Below, piece by piece: positions 1 through 8,781 of a DNA stretch of 52,980 nucleotides. Each line of letters begins with the position of its first letter. The first letter of the stretch is position 1. Under the pieces are notes generated by a model. It made no database searches. It saw nothing but the letters and a program-made list of their open reading frames with translations, and was not told the DNA's origin. A program made the position numbers and the translations under genes. Source of the DNA: a virus (taxonomy: Duplodnaviria; Caudoviricetes); the IMG/VR virus record IMGVR_UViG_3300035562_000039, positions 1 through 52,980 of that record; one strand, written 5' to 3'.

Positions 1-2
1 CC

Positions 3-203
3 TACGTGCAGTCCAAAGGCAAGGATATCGAAGGGATTGGCGATGTTGATCTGGTGAAATACGTGGAAGTGGGTGCGACTTACTACTTCAACAAAAACAT
101 GTACACCTACGTTGACTACAAAATCAACCAGTTGAATGACGATAACAAGTTGAAACTGAGCACCGACGATATCGTGGCAGTGAACCTGACCTATCGTTTC
201 TAA
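3..203 (+). CDS. 3' end of host outer-membrane porin (OmpC/OmpF/OmpN family), partial
   Basis: [26 protein letters not shown]...DDIVAV.LTYRF with terminal Phe, the typical enterobacterial porin C-terminus. Confidence 0.93.
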   Translation, partial: YVQSKGKDIEGIGDVDLVKYVEVGATYYFNKNMYTYVDYKINQLNDDNKLKLSTDDIVAVNLTYRF

Positions 204-223
204 GTTTCAAGGCTATTACCTTC

Positions 224-237
224 TTCCTGTGTCGGGA
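224..237 (+). repeat. attL core TTCCTGTGTCGGGA
   Basis: Exact direct repeat of 52692-52705, just upstream of the integrase. Confidence 0.88.
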
Positions 238-244
238 CAAGGTG

Positions 245-316
245 GCCCGCTCTACTCATTCTCAACCCATGCCAAAAATTGGTGTTGAGATAAGGTAGGG
301 CGGGCTTTTTCTTTTT
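245..316 (+). terminator. Long imperfect hairpin with U-tract, inside attL
   Basis: gcccgctctac/gtagggcgggc and tctcaac/gttgaga stems followed by TTTTTCTTTTT. Confidence 0.7.
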
Positions 317-365
317 GAGGTGTTTCATCCCATCCCAACACAGTTTGCAGTTAAACCTAGTATGT

Positions 366-386
366 TGTGTCCATCTGTGTGTCCAT
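366..386 (+). promoter_or_regulatory. Putative integrase arm-type sites (TGTGTCCAT x2)
   Basis: 9-bp direct repeats with a 12-bp period; a matching pair lies at 52602-52622. Confidence 0.65.
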
Positions 387-430
387 TGCATATACTCGTG
401 ATAACCCTCTTCGCGAATATGGTGCTATCA

Positions 431-1654
431 ATGGCTCTGTCAGACTCGTACTTAAAATCCAAGCTTGGCAAGGAGCGCGACAAGATTGAGGAGAAATCAG
501 ATCGGGATGGTCTGTGGATCCGCGTATCCGTCAAAGGCTCAATAACCTTCTTTTATCGGTACCGATTGAACGGCAGGGCCGACAAGGTGACGATTGGTAG
601 TTACCCAGCAATAGGATTAAAAGATGCAAGGGCTGAAGCTGCTCGTTTCGCTTCGCTTGTTGCCAATGGGGATAGCCCGAAGCACTCGAAGCTGGTTGAT
701 GAAACCAGGAGAGGGCGAACCTTTGAAACGCTTTATCGCGAATGGCATGGATTGCTTAAGGCGTCGACCGTAACCGGAGAGCAAATTCTCCGTACATTCG
801 AAATACACATTTTCCCTGCAGTTGGCGGCTTACCGGCAAATCGCATCCCCATTCATGCATGGATAACCGTGCTAGAAAAAATCGCTAAAGCACAGCCAGA
901 AACAGCCGTGAAGCTCATATCAAACGCTAAAAGGTGTTATTCATGGGCAAAGAAACGGCAGTTGGTTGATGAAAACCCACTCATAGAGATTAATGCCTCT
1001 GACTTCGGTATCAAACCAAAATCGGTCGATAGGTCGCTTTCTGCCGAGGAGATTGCGATTGTTTGGCATGCTTTAGACACTGGGAGGATGGTTCAAAGCA
1101 ATAGGGATTTGATTAGGGTATGTCTTTTTTATGGATGTCGTGTGGGTGAACTGAGGCTGGCGGAAGAGGGGCATTTTGATTTTGATAGAATGATGTGGAA
1201 AGTTCCTCCCGAAAACCATAAAACAGGTATCGAGACTAAGCGGCCGATCATTAGGCCGATGAACGATTTTGTGGCGGAGATAGTGAAAAGAAGGATAAGG
1301 GAATCAACTGGCAGATTTATCTTTTCCACCAAGGAGGTGCCTTTGAAATCGAGTGTGCATGTTGGTGTGGTAGCGGCGCTTAATGTTGCTATACGCAAAC
1401 ATAAACCAGACTTTAAAACATTCACTATGCACGATTTGAGGCGAACTGCGCGGACTATGTGGTCAAGCATTACTGAACCACACGTTGCTGAGGTTATGCT
1501 TGGGCATAAGCTCCCTGGCGTGTGGTCTGTCTATGATAGGCACGATTACATGGATGAAATGAGGCTGGCGTATGATAAGTGGCTCGCTAAGCTGATGGCG
1601 ATCGTTAATCCGGATGTCATCGAGTTCAAGCGGCCCGACGAGAAAAGCGCCTAG
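431..1654 (+). CDS. int: Tyrosine integrase with N-terminal arm-binding domain
   Basis: SDRDGLWIRV..KGSITFFYRYR arm domain; catalytic R (GCRVGE), HDLRR, LGH, Y; start placed at MALSDS rather than 320. Confidence 0.95.
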   Translation: MALSDSYLKSKLGKERDKIEEKSDRDGLWIRVSVKGSITFFYRYRLNGRADKVTIGSYPAIGLKDARAEAARFASLVANGDSPKHSKLVDETRRGRTFETLYREWHGLLKASTVTGEQILRTFEIHIFPAVGGLPANRIPIHAWITVLEKIAKAQPETAVKLISNAKRCYSWAKKRQLVDENPLIEINASDFGIKPKSVDRSLSAEEIAIVWHALDTGRMVQSNRDLIRVCLFYGCRVGELRLAEEGHFDFDRMMWKVPPENHKTGIETKRPIIRPMNDFVAEIVKRRIRESTGRFIFSTKEVPLKSSVHVGVVAALNVAIRKHKPDFKTFTMHDLRRTARTMWSSITEPHVAEVMLGHKLPGVWSVYDRHDYMDEMRLAYDKWLAKLMAIVNPDVIEFKRPDEKSA

Positions 1655-1880
1655 TTTTTTCATGCAAGTGCTCGGCCGGTTTAACCTTCGCTCGCTGGCT
1701 TTCTGCAAGCTGCCATTCTGCGACCTTTGATGTAAACCATTTGTTCGGCGACCCGACGCCGTAAAAGTCAGGTTCTGGAAATGGGTTTATGTCTCTGTGT
1801 CGCAATCGGTGCATGGAAGAGTTTGAAATTTTCAGCAGCGCTCGCACATCTTCGCTGGTTAACATTTCCTCTGCTTTCAT
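1626..1880 (-). CDS. xis: Excisionase / AlpA-like winged-helix protein
   Basis: MLT..DVRALLKIS.SSMHRLR...PFPEP...NKW motif; convergent with and overlapping int. Confidence 0.8.
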   Translation of the reverse strand: MKAEEMLTSEDVRALLKISNSSMHRLRHRDINPFPEPDFYGVGSPNKWFTSKVAEWQLAESQRAKVKPAEHLHEKTRRFSRRAA

Positions 1881-1988
1881 ATTCTTGACTCCTTATCGAT
1901 GAAATGCACAAAATAGCTCCGCCACAATTTTGCGCTGAACTTGCCGGGTGGTAGGCCGGGTTAGCCCATAGATATCTCTCATGATTAC

Positions 1989-2183
1989 TTACTGGATAGT
2001 GAAATTTGCAGGGGTGTTATATTCATGCACTGATTGTTCGGCGATCAGCTTCACGCCTGGCTTAACGATCTGTTCGAGAATCGCCATTTTACCCGCATAC
2101 TCTTCATCATCTGCTGCGCCCAGATAGATGGTGATCACGTGCCCGTCATAGACGAGAAGCGCACTCTGTTTTTGTCTGCTCAT
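1989..2183 (-). CDS. Hypothetical phage protein
   Basis: ORF in the leftward operon with overlapping start/stop. Confidence 0.6.
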   Translation of the reverse strand: MSRQKQSALLVYDGHVITIYLGAADDEEYAGKMAILEQIVKPGVKLIAEQSVHEYNTPANFTIQ

Positions 2184-2341
2184 AATATCGACACCACTAT
2201 GCCCATGAACACGAATACGCAGCCGCAGGAGATAACCCAGAGCGCGTCAAGATTGAAACCTAAGTCCATGGCAAAGAACCCCAAGATGACGAGGGTGATT
2301 CCCACGATGCCCCAGAGCGGGAATGGCTGTTTAGTTATCAT
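2180..2341 (-). CDS. Small two-TM membrane protein (53 aa, not in ORF track)
   Basis: MITKQPFPLWGIVGITLVILGFF...VVSIL; ATGA overlaps at both ends. Confidence 0.6.
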   Translation of the reverse strand: MITKQPFPLWGIVGITLVILGFFAMDLGFNLDALWVISCGCVFVFMGIVVSIL

Positions 2342-2553
2342 GCTGCATCCCTCCTCCTGTTGTTTTTCTCCAGCTGCTGAAGACGATGGTCTTCACGGCA
2401 CCCTTCATCACAGAACATCCCTTTCACAATCTTCTCCCCGCACCACTCGCTGGCGCAGAACCCAGTGAACGACATTGGCGGCTTGCGGTTAGCTACGGCC
2501 ACATCACGCAAAAACGTTTCCAGTTCACTGGCAACTTCGAATTCATCACACAT
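2338..2553 (-). CDS. Hypothetical protein with Cys4 zinc-binding motif
   Basis: FTGFCASEWCGE...FCDEGCRED. Confidence 0.7.
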   Translation of the reverse strand: MCDEFEVASELETFLRDVAVANRKPPMSFTGFCASEWCGEKIVKGMFCDEGCREDHRLQQLEKNNRRRDAA

Positions 2554-2722
2554 TTTGTTTTCCGCCTTTATTCAACAAATCGCTTTTGACGACTTCTAAA
2601 ATTCCGAGGGTAGCCACTAATGACAGCTGGCCGTGGTATTCGCTGATAAGCTCGGCTATACGCAGGCCAAGCTCACGCTCAACTGGGAATTTCTTCTCAG
2701 TAGGGAGGTTGTGAATTGTCAT
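2546..2722 (-). CDS. Hypothetical protein (58 aa, not in track)
   Basis: MTIHNLPTEKKFP...; GGAG RBS; overlaps the next gene. Confidence 0.55.
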   Translation of the reverse strand: MTIHNLPTEKKFPVERELGLRIAELISEYHGQLSLVATLGILEVVKSDLLNKGGKQNV

Positions 2723-2743
2723 CGGGGGATACTCCGAGATAGG

Positions 2744-2902
2744 TTACTTAGATTTACCTTTCCTGGCTTTGAGGCAGTCGTTCCATACGTCGCGTGCAAA
2801 GTCTGTGCGTGGGATGCTTAGCACTCTGCGGCGCGCCTCTATTGCTCCTGTTGCTGGATTTTTAACAAGCTCATCCAGCCACTTTTCGAAAGTGTCTGTC
2901 AT
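2744..2902 (-). CDS. Hypothetical protein (52 aa, not in track)
   Basis: MTDTFEKWLDEL...; AGGAG RBS. Confidence 0.55.
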   Translation of the reverse strand: MTDTFEKWLDELVKNPATGAIEARRRVLSIPRTDFARDVWNDCLKARKGKSK

Positions 2903-2940
2903 GATGTGCTCCTGTGATTTTGTTTGCTGCTGAGAAGGGG

Positions 2941-3144
2941 TTAGTCGTAGAGGTTTTTGTATAATTTCGGTGAGTCAGTGGTTGCCCATGATAACTCGCT
3001 TTCCTTGTGGCTTTCAGCGCTTCCATTGTCCCAAATCACGAATATCCATGGGTCGTTATCTTTGTCACCGAAATGACTATCAACAACCCCCTTAATGTAA
3101 CCTGATTTATGTTTAACGATGCTACCTTTTGGAAACTTCATCAT
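2941..3144 (-). CDS. Small beta-barrel-like hypothetical protein
   Basis: MKFPKGSIVKHKSG...W..G.....KESEL pattern; GGAGG RBS. Confidence 0.65.
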   Translation of the reverse strand: MMKFPKGSIVKHKSGYIKGVVDSHFGDKDNDPWIFVIWDNGSAESHKESELSWATTDSPKLYKNLYD

Positions 3145-3169
3145 CGCCTCCTGTTATGCTAATGAAGCA

Positions 3170-3438
3170 CTACGTCAGCTTGAAATCGTCATCAAATGCA
3201 GTAAAGCCACTTTCGGCCATCTCCATCGCGAAAATGAAAGCGATACCTTCAGCAAGGGCGTGGGGCGCTCTAATCCGAATATGAACGCATCGTGATAGGT
3301 TCTACCTAGCCAGTATCCTCCGCCGTATTCTTTGAGGCGCTGAAAGAAAACCCACCGTCCTTCTCTGATATAAGTGATTGTTTCACCGCGCCAGACGACG
3401 TCGTAGCTGAGTTCACCCGAAGCCATAATATTCACCAT
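3170..3438 (-). pseudogene. SOS-box-preceded small gene with an apparent 1-nt frameshift near 3258
   Basis: N-terminal frame ends ...FGLERPT; the -1 frame continues LAEGIAFIFAMEMAESGFTAFDDDFKLT*. Confidence 0.55.
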
Positions 3439-3444
3439 TAAAAA

Positions 3445-3488
3445 TACTGTTTATGCATACAGTATAAATAAGAGTGAACGGGTGTCAA
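3445..3488 (-). promoter_or_regulatory. LexA (SOS) box overlapping a sigma70 promoter
   Basis: TACTGTTTATGCATACAGTA (CTGT-N8-ACAG, 3445-3464); -35 TTGACA at 3488-3483; -10 TATACT overlaps the box. Confidence 0.85.
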
Positions 3489-3503
3489 TTCCTGGGTGTT
3501 TAG

Positions 3504-3683
3504 CTATTCGTCGTACCCATCCCACCCGTCGTAGTTACCGCGCTTTCGGGTCATTACATACCTGGTTAGGAGTGATAGAATTATCGTATTCGCGACCCAC
3601 ACGACTACGGCCAGCCAGCCGATAATGTTATACAAGAACAATATTGGGCTGCTAATTAGTAGCCAAATTAAAAATACCTTCAC
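3504..3683 (-). CDS. Small membrane protein (59 aa, not in track), moron-like
   Basis: GTG start, MKVFLIWLLISSPILFLYNIIGWLAVVVW...; AT-rich upstream region. Confidence 0.5.
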   Translation of the reverse strand: MKVFLIWLLISSPILFLYNIIGWLAVVVWVANTIILSLLTRYVMTRKRGNYDGWDGYDE

Positions 3684-3803
3684 GAAACTATTCCTGTTAT
3701 ATGTTCCATTTAATTTCAGAGTATTATTTCATTATTTTTACAGTGACTCTTATTCTTTATTGCCCTCCAGTTCAGTCGTTAGTGTCTGTGTCATGCATCC
3801 CCC

Positions 3804-4064
3804 TTAACCTGCTGTAGAGTGAACTTGATTGGGGAAATCGAGAGTGTATCCCCCAAAATCGGCACCAACTATCGACGCTGCTCTGCTCCACTCACCGCCG
3901 TTTTGTTCCTGCTCGTTATCGATATCTTCTGTACGCGTGGCGTCGATAACACCGATAAATGCATCGCCGACAGTGTAGAACCCCAGCCTGTTTGACGGGC
4001 AGCGGTTCAGCGCCTTCTGCACGTCATTCAGCCATTTCTGTTCTTCTTTTGTTAGCTTTGCCAT
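3804..4064 (-). CDS. Hypothetical phage protein
   Basis: Tightly packed in the operon. Confidence 0.7.
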   Translation of the reverse strand: MAKLTKEEQKWLNDVQKALNRCPSNRLGFYTVGDAFIGVIDATRTEDIDNEQEQNGGEWSRAASIVGADFGGYTLDFPNQVHSTAG

Positions 4065-4496
4065 CTACTCATCCCCCACTGTGAACCCTGCGGCGCGAAT
4101 AGCGTCAGCGCATTGGACAAGGGTTCTATTCTGCTGCTCAAACTGCACCTGGACGATGCGAGGAGGGTTAACCTGCCCGGATATGTCCCAGCGCTCAGGC
4201 ACCCGCACCGGCGTAGCCAGCTTGACTTCCAGCTCAGCGATGTGCTTATCCTTCGATTCCAGCTCTACCAACAGGGCGAGAATAGTTTCTGGGTCAGCTG
4301 CTGCAATAAAACGGACCAGTTCCACCCGGTGGCTTTTGGTATTTAGATCAGAAGAGTCAAATCCACTCCAGCCAATAACTTCAATACCTGTATCGGCGCA
4401 TAGAGTGGCCTGCGTGTTGGCTTTGCCGATGAATGGTTTAAATCGCTTGATAGGGCATTTCTCAGCCAGGCGTTTTAGTTTTCTAAATTTATCCAT
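4065..4496 (-). CDS. Ead/Ea22-like protein
   Basis: FIAAADPETILALL.ELE motif and C-terminal AIRAAG. Confidence 0.75.
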   Translation of the reverse strand: MDKFRKLKRLAEKCPIKRFKPFIGKANTQATLCADTGIEVIGWSGFDSSDLNTKSHRVELVRFIAAADPETILALLVELESKDKHIAELEVKLATPVRVPERWDISGQVNPPRIVQVQFEQQNRTLVQCADAIRAAGFTVGDE

Positions 4497-4890
4497 TGCG
4501 ATTCCCCTTACCTATTACAGAATCAACCCAATCGCGATCAATTCCGGGCATTGTTGGCAGACTGGCAGCTACTTCATCCGGCACTGCGTCGATCCACTCG
4601 CGAAGTGCAATAGCAACATCAAGCAGGGCGGATATGTACTCTTGCGAGTAGAACTGCACCATATTCATGGTTGCCGTGTTTTTTGGCAGGGGCCAATAGC
4701 TATCGTCGGGTTGTTTGCGTAAATTGCCCGCAGGCTTGCTCAGTTCGCTCATCGACTCAATCTCTTTACGCGCCGCTTCGTTGGTGACGTCACCACTCTT
4801 CAAGCCTGTGCTGCTGGCTCCAGGGCAATCAGGACAGCCTCGGCAGTCGCTTCCCATGGTCGGACATGGCTTCAGTTCATTTGCTGGCAT
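4489..4890 (-). CDS. Hypothetical early protein (probable start MPANELKPCP)
   Basis: GGAGG RBS before 4890; LKPCP start and ALREWIDAVP..LP.MPG.DRDW segment. Confidence 0.6.
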   Translation of the reverse strand: MPANELKPCPTMGSDCRGCPDCPGASSTGLKSGDVTNEAARKEIESMSELSKPAGNLRKQPDDSYWPLPKNTATMNMVQFYSQEYISALLDVAIALREWIDAVPDEVAASLPTMPGIDRDWVDSVIGKGNRNG

Positions 4891-5152
4891 CACTACCTCC
4901 CATGCGCTTGCGGCGAGAATAGAAAACTTCAAGCGCCCACTCATGGCCTGCCCTGGTCGGCTTGTGTGTCTTCTCTGAGATAAGGCCAAGCTTTCCGGCA
5001 ATGCCAGTCGCAGTGTGGCCAGAGTGATAACCGGCGGCACGCTTAAGCACTGTGTCGGCCAGAATGACTTCAAAGTCAGTGCGTCCGAAGTTTGTACCCT
5101 CGAAAGCCGTCTTGATTTCCTCAGGGGTTAGGTGCGCGATTGCCTCTTTCAT
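4877..5152 (-). CDS. Hypothetical protein
   Basis: Overlapping starts/stops with neighbours. Confidence 0.65.
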   Translation of the reverse strand: MKEAIAHLTPEEIKTAFEGTNFGRTDFEVILADTVLKRAAGYHSGHTATGIAGKLGLISEKTHKPTRAGHEWALEVFYSRRKRMGGSDASK

Positions 5153-5532
5153 TTGGCCTCCCGCAGCTTGATGACGAAAGCTTGCAACTCGTTAATCTGA
5201 GCACGCAAAGACATGGCTGTAGCGCCAAATGCGTGGGTGTCAGGATGCATGCTGGCAAGCTGTTTCAGCTTTAACTCAATGAACTGTTCAACCCCATTAC
5301 TGCGCACAGCGGCAAGGGCGGCGTCAGTGGCTGGCGTTAGCAGCGCAAAGCAGTTAACAACCGACTGCGGTGCTGGGCCGAAATCGTCGTTATCGCTTTC
5401 ATATTCCTGCAACTCAGAGCACAGGCTGCTGTTCATTTCCTTGAGTTGCCCATTCTCCACAGCCAGCGCATCGCGCTCAGCCTTCAAAGCTTCGTATGTA
5501 GGGGCTAATTCCTCGTTAATTCGTGCTGACAT
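5149..5532 (-). CDS. Eae/Ea-region-like coiled-coil protein
   Basis: ERDALAVEN..LK and TPATDAALA.VR..GVE motifs. Confidence 0.7.
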   Translation of the reverse strand: MSARINEELAPTYEALKAERDALAVENGQLKEMNSSLCSELQEYESDNDDFGPAPQSVVNCFALLTPATDAALAAVRSNGVEQFIELKLKQLASMHPDTHAFGATAMSLRAQINELQAFVIKLREAK

Positions 5533-5546
5533 ACAAATTCCTCTCG

Positions 5547-6560
5547 TTAAATTTGTTTAATTTTTGGAATGCGGCCGCGTGGCCTTGGCTTCATGTCTGG
5601 GTATTTGCCACTGGCTATCAGCACTGCGACACGACTAGCTATTTGCTTTGGCGTCCTTTCCATCTGCTCTGCAATGGTGTGGATTGACAGGCCGTCAATA
5701 TAAAATCGGGACAATTGATACTCGTCTTGCGGGCCCCACGGGTTATAAAAGAACGCCGTGGAAAATCCGTGAGCGTTTGCCCATGTAACGATTGATTGTT
5801 TGGTCTTTTTGCAGTGGTTGGCGATTTCTATCGTTGGCACTTTCCCTATATGTTCAACGATATATTTAATGTCTGCATCCGTGTAACTGCTTGAGTCGCC
5901 AGCTTTGATGTCAGATTTAATCTGAGCTTGGATTTTGTCGTTTTTGTGCGAGTTGATGAATCGGCCAATTTCTAGCCTCGTCCTTTGGCACGCGCTGCTT
6001 ATTGCATCAATTGATAGCTTTTCGCAGTTCTTCATGATGTAGCTAGCCTCATCCTCTGAGTAGCTATTGTCTGGCTTTGGCTGCGCTTCTATCTGCTCAG
6101 GCGTTAATCGGTAGCCGCGACTGATTGCCTTTTTGATGCCGGTGTTAAATCCAAAATGAGTGGTTACCTCACTTAACTCTTCACCCAGGAACATGGACGC
6201 TTTGAATCTGCGCTCACCCATGTCAGGCTTGTCTTTGCCAATATTTATCAGCAGATGCTTCAAGTACTGGATTTCGCCGGGCATCAGCTTGCTGCAAGGT
6301 AAATCGTCCTCTTTGACGACCGTGTGAATGACCCTGTAGCTGTCTGTGAATAGCTGATAGACGTAGGTGTAGTCACCATCAGGAGAGTGAAGGCTGTCTG
6401 CTGGCAGGTAGTGCGTCCAGCCGAGTTTTGCCAGTGGGGAGTGAGGGTTGATGTTTTCCAGCTTGATGGCTGAAATCAGTTTCCCCGGAGACGTCATCAC
6501 GTTTCCACGGGATAGTGCGTCCCTACGAAAGTTATTCGCATGGAGAGGGTGGGTGCTCAT
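5547..6560 (-). CDS. Protein with three Myb/SANT-like HTH repeats in the C-terminal half
   Basis: YSEDEASYI, YTDADIKYI, WGPQDEYQL, each followed by a ..I..IA....RT...I pattern. Confidence 0.6.
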   Translation of the reverse strand: MSTHPLHANNFRRDALSRGNVMTSPGKLISAIKLENINPHSPLAKLGWTHYLPADSLHSPDGDYTYVYQLFTDSYRVIHTVVKEDDLPCSKLMPGEIQYLKHLLINIGKDKPDMGERRFKASMFLGEELSEVTTHFGFNTGIKKAISRGYRLTPEQIEAQPKPDNSYSEDEASYIMKNCEKLSIDAISSACQRTRLEIGRFINSHKNDKIQAQIKSDIKAGDSSSYTDADIKYIVEHIGKVPTIEIANHCKKTKQSIVTWANAHGFSTAFFYNPWGPQDEYQLSRFYIDGLSIHTIAEQMERTPKQIASRVAVLIASGKYPDMKPRPRGRIPKIKQI

Positions 6561-6629
6561 GATTGCCTCCGGATGGAGTTAGTTTTTTGTTTGCCAGTCA
6601 CTTCTGGTGGCTAGCATCGCAATGAAGGG

Positions 6630-7016
6630 TTATTCGGTATCGCTAAATCGCCATTTGCTTCTGAACTCCAGCACCACTCCAAGCGATTTTGCTTTCTTTT
6701 CTGCCGTGAGATAGTGAGAGATAAATGTTCCGTCTGGGAACTTCCAACTATTGCCAACCTGACGAATGACGATTTTAACTTTTCCGTCAGTTTCGCGAGG
6801 TTTGGGAATGTATGGGTTGCTAGCGCTATACGGCCTGCGCTCAGGTGGCAGTAAGTGATCTGGACATGGAGGGTTGAACGAAGCGAAGTGCGCGGCAGTC
6901 CTTGCCATCATTCCGTTAACTCGCCAATGAGTTCCTCCTTTTTCCACACATTCGATGGCCGCAATCACGTCCATGGCGATTGCGTTATAAAGCTCTTGTC
7001 GCTCTTGTTTTGTCAT
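6630..7016 (-). CDS. Hypothetical protein
   Basis: 128-aa ORF in operon orientation. Confidence 0.6.
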   Translation of the reverse strand: MTKQERQELYNAIAMDVIAAIECVEKGGTHWRVNGMMARTAAHFASFNPPCPDHLLPPERRPYSASNPYIPKPRETDGKVKIVIRQVGNSWKFPDGTFISHYLTAEKKAKSLGVVLEFRSKWRFSDTE

Positions 7017-7046
7017 GATTGCAGCCTGATGGGGGTGAACTAAATC

Positions 7047-7502
7047 TTAGAAAGGGATATCGTCATCGAAATCCATTGGGGGTTCGTTCGTTGATGCCTG
7101 TTGCTGTGGCTGGTTTCGCTGCTGCTGCATCTGCGGCTGACTACCGGGGCTACCCTCTGGCTTGCCGCCCAGCATCTGCAGTACGCCACCAACGTTGACG
7201 TGAATCTCTGTTGTGTACTTTTCCACACCAGCCTGATCTGCCCATTTCCGCGTAGTCAGCTTTCCTTCGATGTAGACCTGCGAACCCTTGCGGAGGTATT
7301 CACCTGCAATCTCAGCTAGTTTTCCGAATAGCACAACGCGGCACCACTCAGTTTTTTGTTTCTTTTCTCCCGTGGTTTTGTCTTTCCATTGATCAGAAAC
7401 ACCAACAGATAAATTGGCGACAGCGCCGCCGTTTGGTAAGTATCTAACTTCTGGGTCTTGCCCCAAATTCCCGACTAAAATCACCTTATTTACTCCAGCC
7501 AT
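7047..7502 (-). CDS. ssb: Single-stranded DNA-binding protein
   Basis: [19 protein letters not shown]...DFDDDIPF. Confidence 0.98.
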   Translation of the reverse strand: MAGVNKVILVGNLGQDPEVRYLPNGGAVANLSVGVSDQWKDKTTGEKKQKTEWCRVVLFGKLAEIAGEYLRKGSQVYIEGKLTTRKWADQAGVEKYTTEIHVNVGGVLQMLGGKPEGSPGSQPQMQQQRNQPQQQASTNEPPMDFDDDIPF

Positions 7503-7984
7503 TAAGCTGTCCTCCTAGTTTTGTTATTAACAATACTTCGTATATTTTCAGGTGAAACACTGTTCTGTATCGCTAGGCTCTTTACGGTTTCAGAGCCACT
7601 CACATATAGTTCGCGAATGCGGCAAACTTGATCCCATGAAAGCTTTGCATTCACATTTCGCATGCCAATGGCCTTGTTTTTTGCGAAACCCTGCCTGCCT
7701 TTTGTGACCATATCGGTGAAGTTAGCTCTAGCGTTGCCAAGTAAAAGGTGTGAAGGATTGCAGCAGGATGGGTTGTCACATGCATGACACACCAAGTACC
7801 CATTAGGAATAGGAAAGTTTGATAATTGCCATGAAACCCTGTGCGCCAGAAGATATTTCCCAGACATCCTAACGTTCCCGTACCCCTTTGTTTTCTTGGC
7901 TCCAAGCCAGTTCCAACACTCCTTCGCCGAACGGATATCAACCTTGCTCCAAAAAAATTCAGCTTGTTCTGGGGTGATATTCAT
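7502..7984 (-). CDS. HNH endonuclease with C-terminal HTH
   Basis: CWNW.G...GYG...AHRVSW...[17 protein letters not shown]...N. Confidence 0.9.
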   Translation of the reverse strand: MNITPEQAEFFWSKVDIRSAKECWNWLGAKKTKGYGNVRMSGKYLLAHRVSWQLSNFPIPNGYLVCHACDNPSCCNPSHLLLGNARANFTDMVTKGRQGFAKNKAIGMRNVNAKLSWDQVCRIRELYVSGSETVKSLAIQNSVSPENIRSIVNNKTRRTA

Positions 7985-8602
7985 TTATGCCGCCTGTTTC
8001 AGTTCTTTAAGTCGAATACCGGTAACGTCCTTGCATTTCGTTTGATGGCCCTCATGACCATTCAAACGAGTCCAGGTTTCAGCGTATTTTTCCTGCAACG
8101 CTTTAGCATCACTTACTGAGCTTGCGTACTGGGTGAACTCGGAAAGGATTTGGTCTGCCGTAGCGGGCACAACGCTGTGAACCTCAGCGTCAGCATCGAT
8201 CGCAGTTTCTTCTGTCGGAATACAAAATGCTTGAAAGGCTGCATATTTGTAGGCGATAGACATTGCTTTGTTGGTAGCCTTGTCGCCGCTATCCATGGCT
8301 TCTCCATACGTCACAACTGTGTGTTTGCTTCCGTCTTCCGTGGCAACAAAATCAAATTCCGCCTTCACAACAACATAAAACAGAACTCCGCCTGTTTTTG
8401 TGGCTCGTTCAGTGACGGTTCTATCAATAATTCGAGGCAGAATTACCAGCCCATTCTTAACAAGGGCAGGTGATAGCGCGTTGTAAACTGCGTCAATGCC
8501 CCTAAATGCAAATCCTTGCTGCTTATTTTGGCTATCCTTAGCTATTCCTACCTCAGATAAATCCCGCGCCACACCTGCAATGGCTTTGTATACGGCAGTC
8601 AT
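7985..8602 (-). CDS. erf: ERF-family single-strand annealing recombinase
   Basis: FRGIDAVYNAL.PAL...GEAMDSGDKATNKAMSIAYKYA. Confidence 0.85.
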   Translation of the reverse strand: MTAVYKAIAGVARDLSEVGIAKDSQNKQQGFAFRGIDAVYNALSPALVKNGLVILPRIIDRTVTERATKTGGVLFYVVVKAEFDFVATEDGSKHTVVTYGEAMDSGDKATNKAMSIAYKYAAFQAFCIPTEETAIDADAEVHSVVPATADQILSEFTQYASSVSDAKALQEKYAETWTRLNGHEGHQTKCKDVTGIRLKELKQAA

Positions 8603-8613
8603 AATTAATCCCC

Positions 8614-8781
8614 TTAACTAAAGTTGCCTGCAAATTCACTCCATGTGATTAACGGGCTTTGCTTCTCAGAACCCTGCCAGCGAATATCAGTCTCTGCCTG
8701 TGATTCAGCTAACTGGAGTTCCAGCTCTGATAGCATGTGGGAGATGAAGCGATCATCATCTGCTAATGTATCCTTATTCAT
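8614..8781 (-). CDS. Small acidic protein upstream of erf (55 aa, not in track)
   Basis: MNKDTLADDDRFI...WSEFAGNFS; ATGA overlap. Confidence 0.6.
   Translation of the reverse strand: MNKDTLADDDRFISHMLSELELQLAESQAETDIRWQGSEKQSPLITWSEFAGNFS

Noticed and set aside
320-430. N-terminal extension of the integrase in the ORF track
   Set aside because: Overlaps the arm-type repeats; the arm-binding domain begins at MALSDS (431)
4081-4722. 213-aa plus-strand ORF (also 9254-9700, 9860-10261 and minus-strand 23987-24628)
   Set aside because: Antisense shadows of well-supported genes, with no motifs of their own
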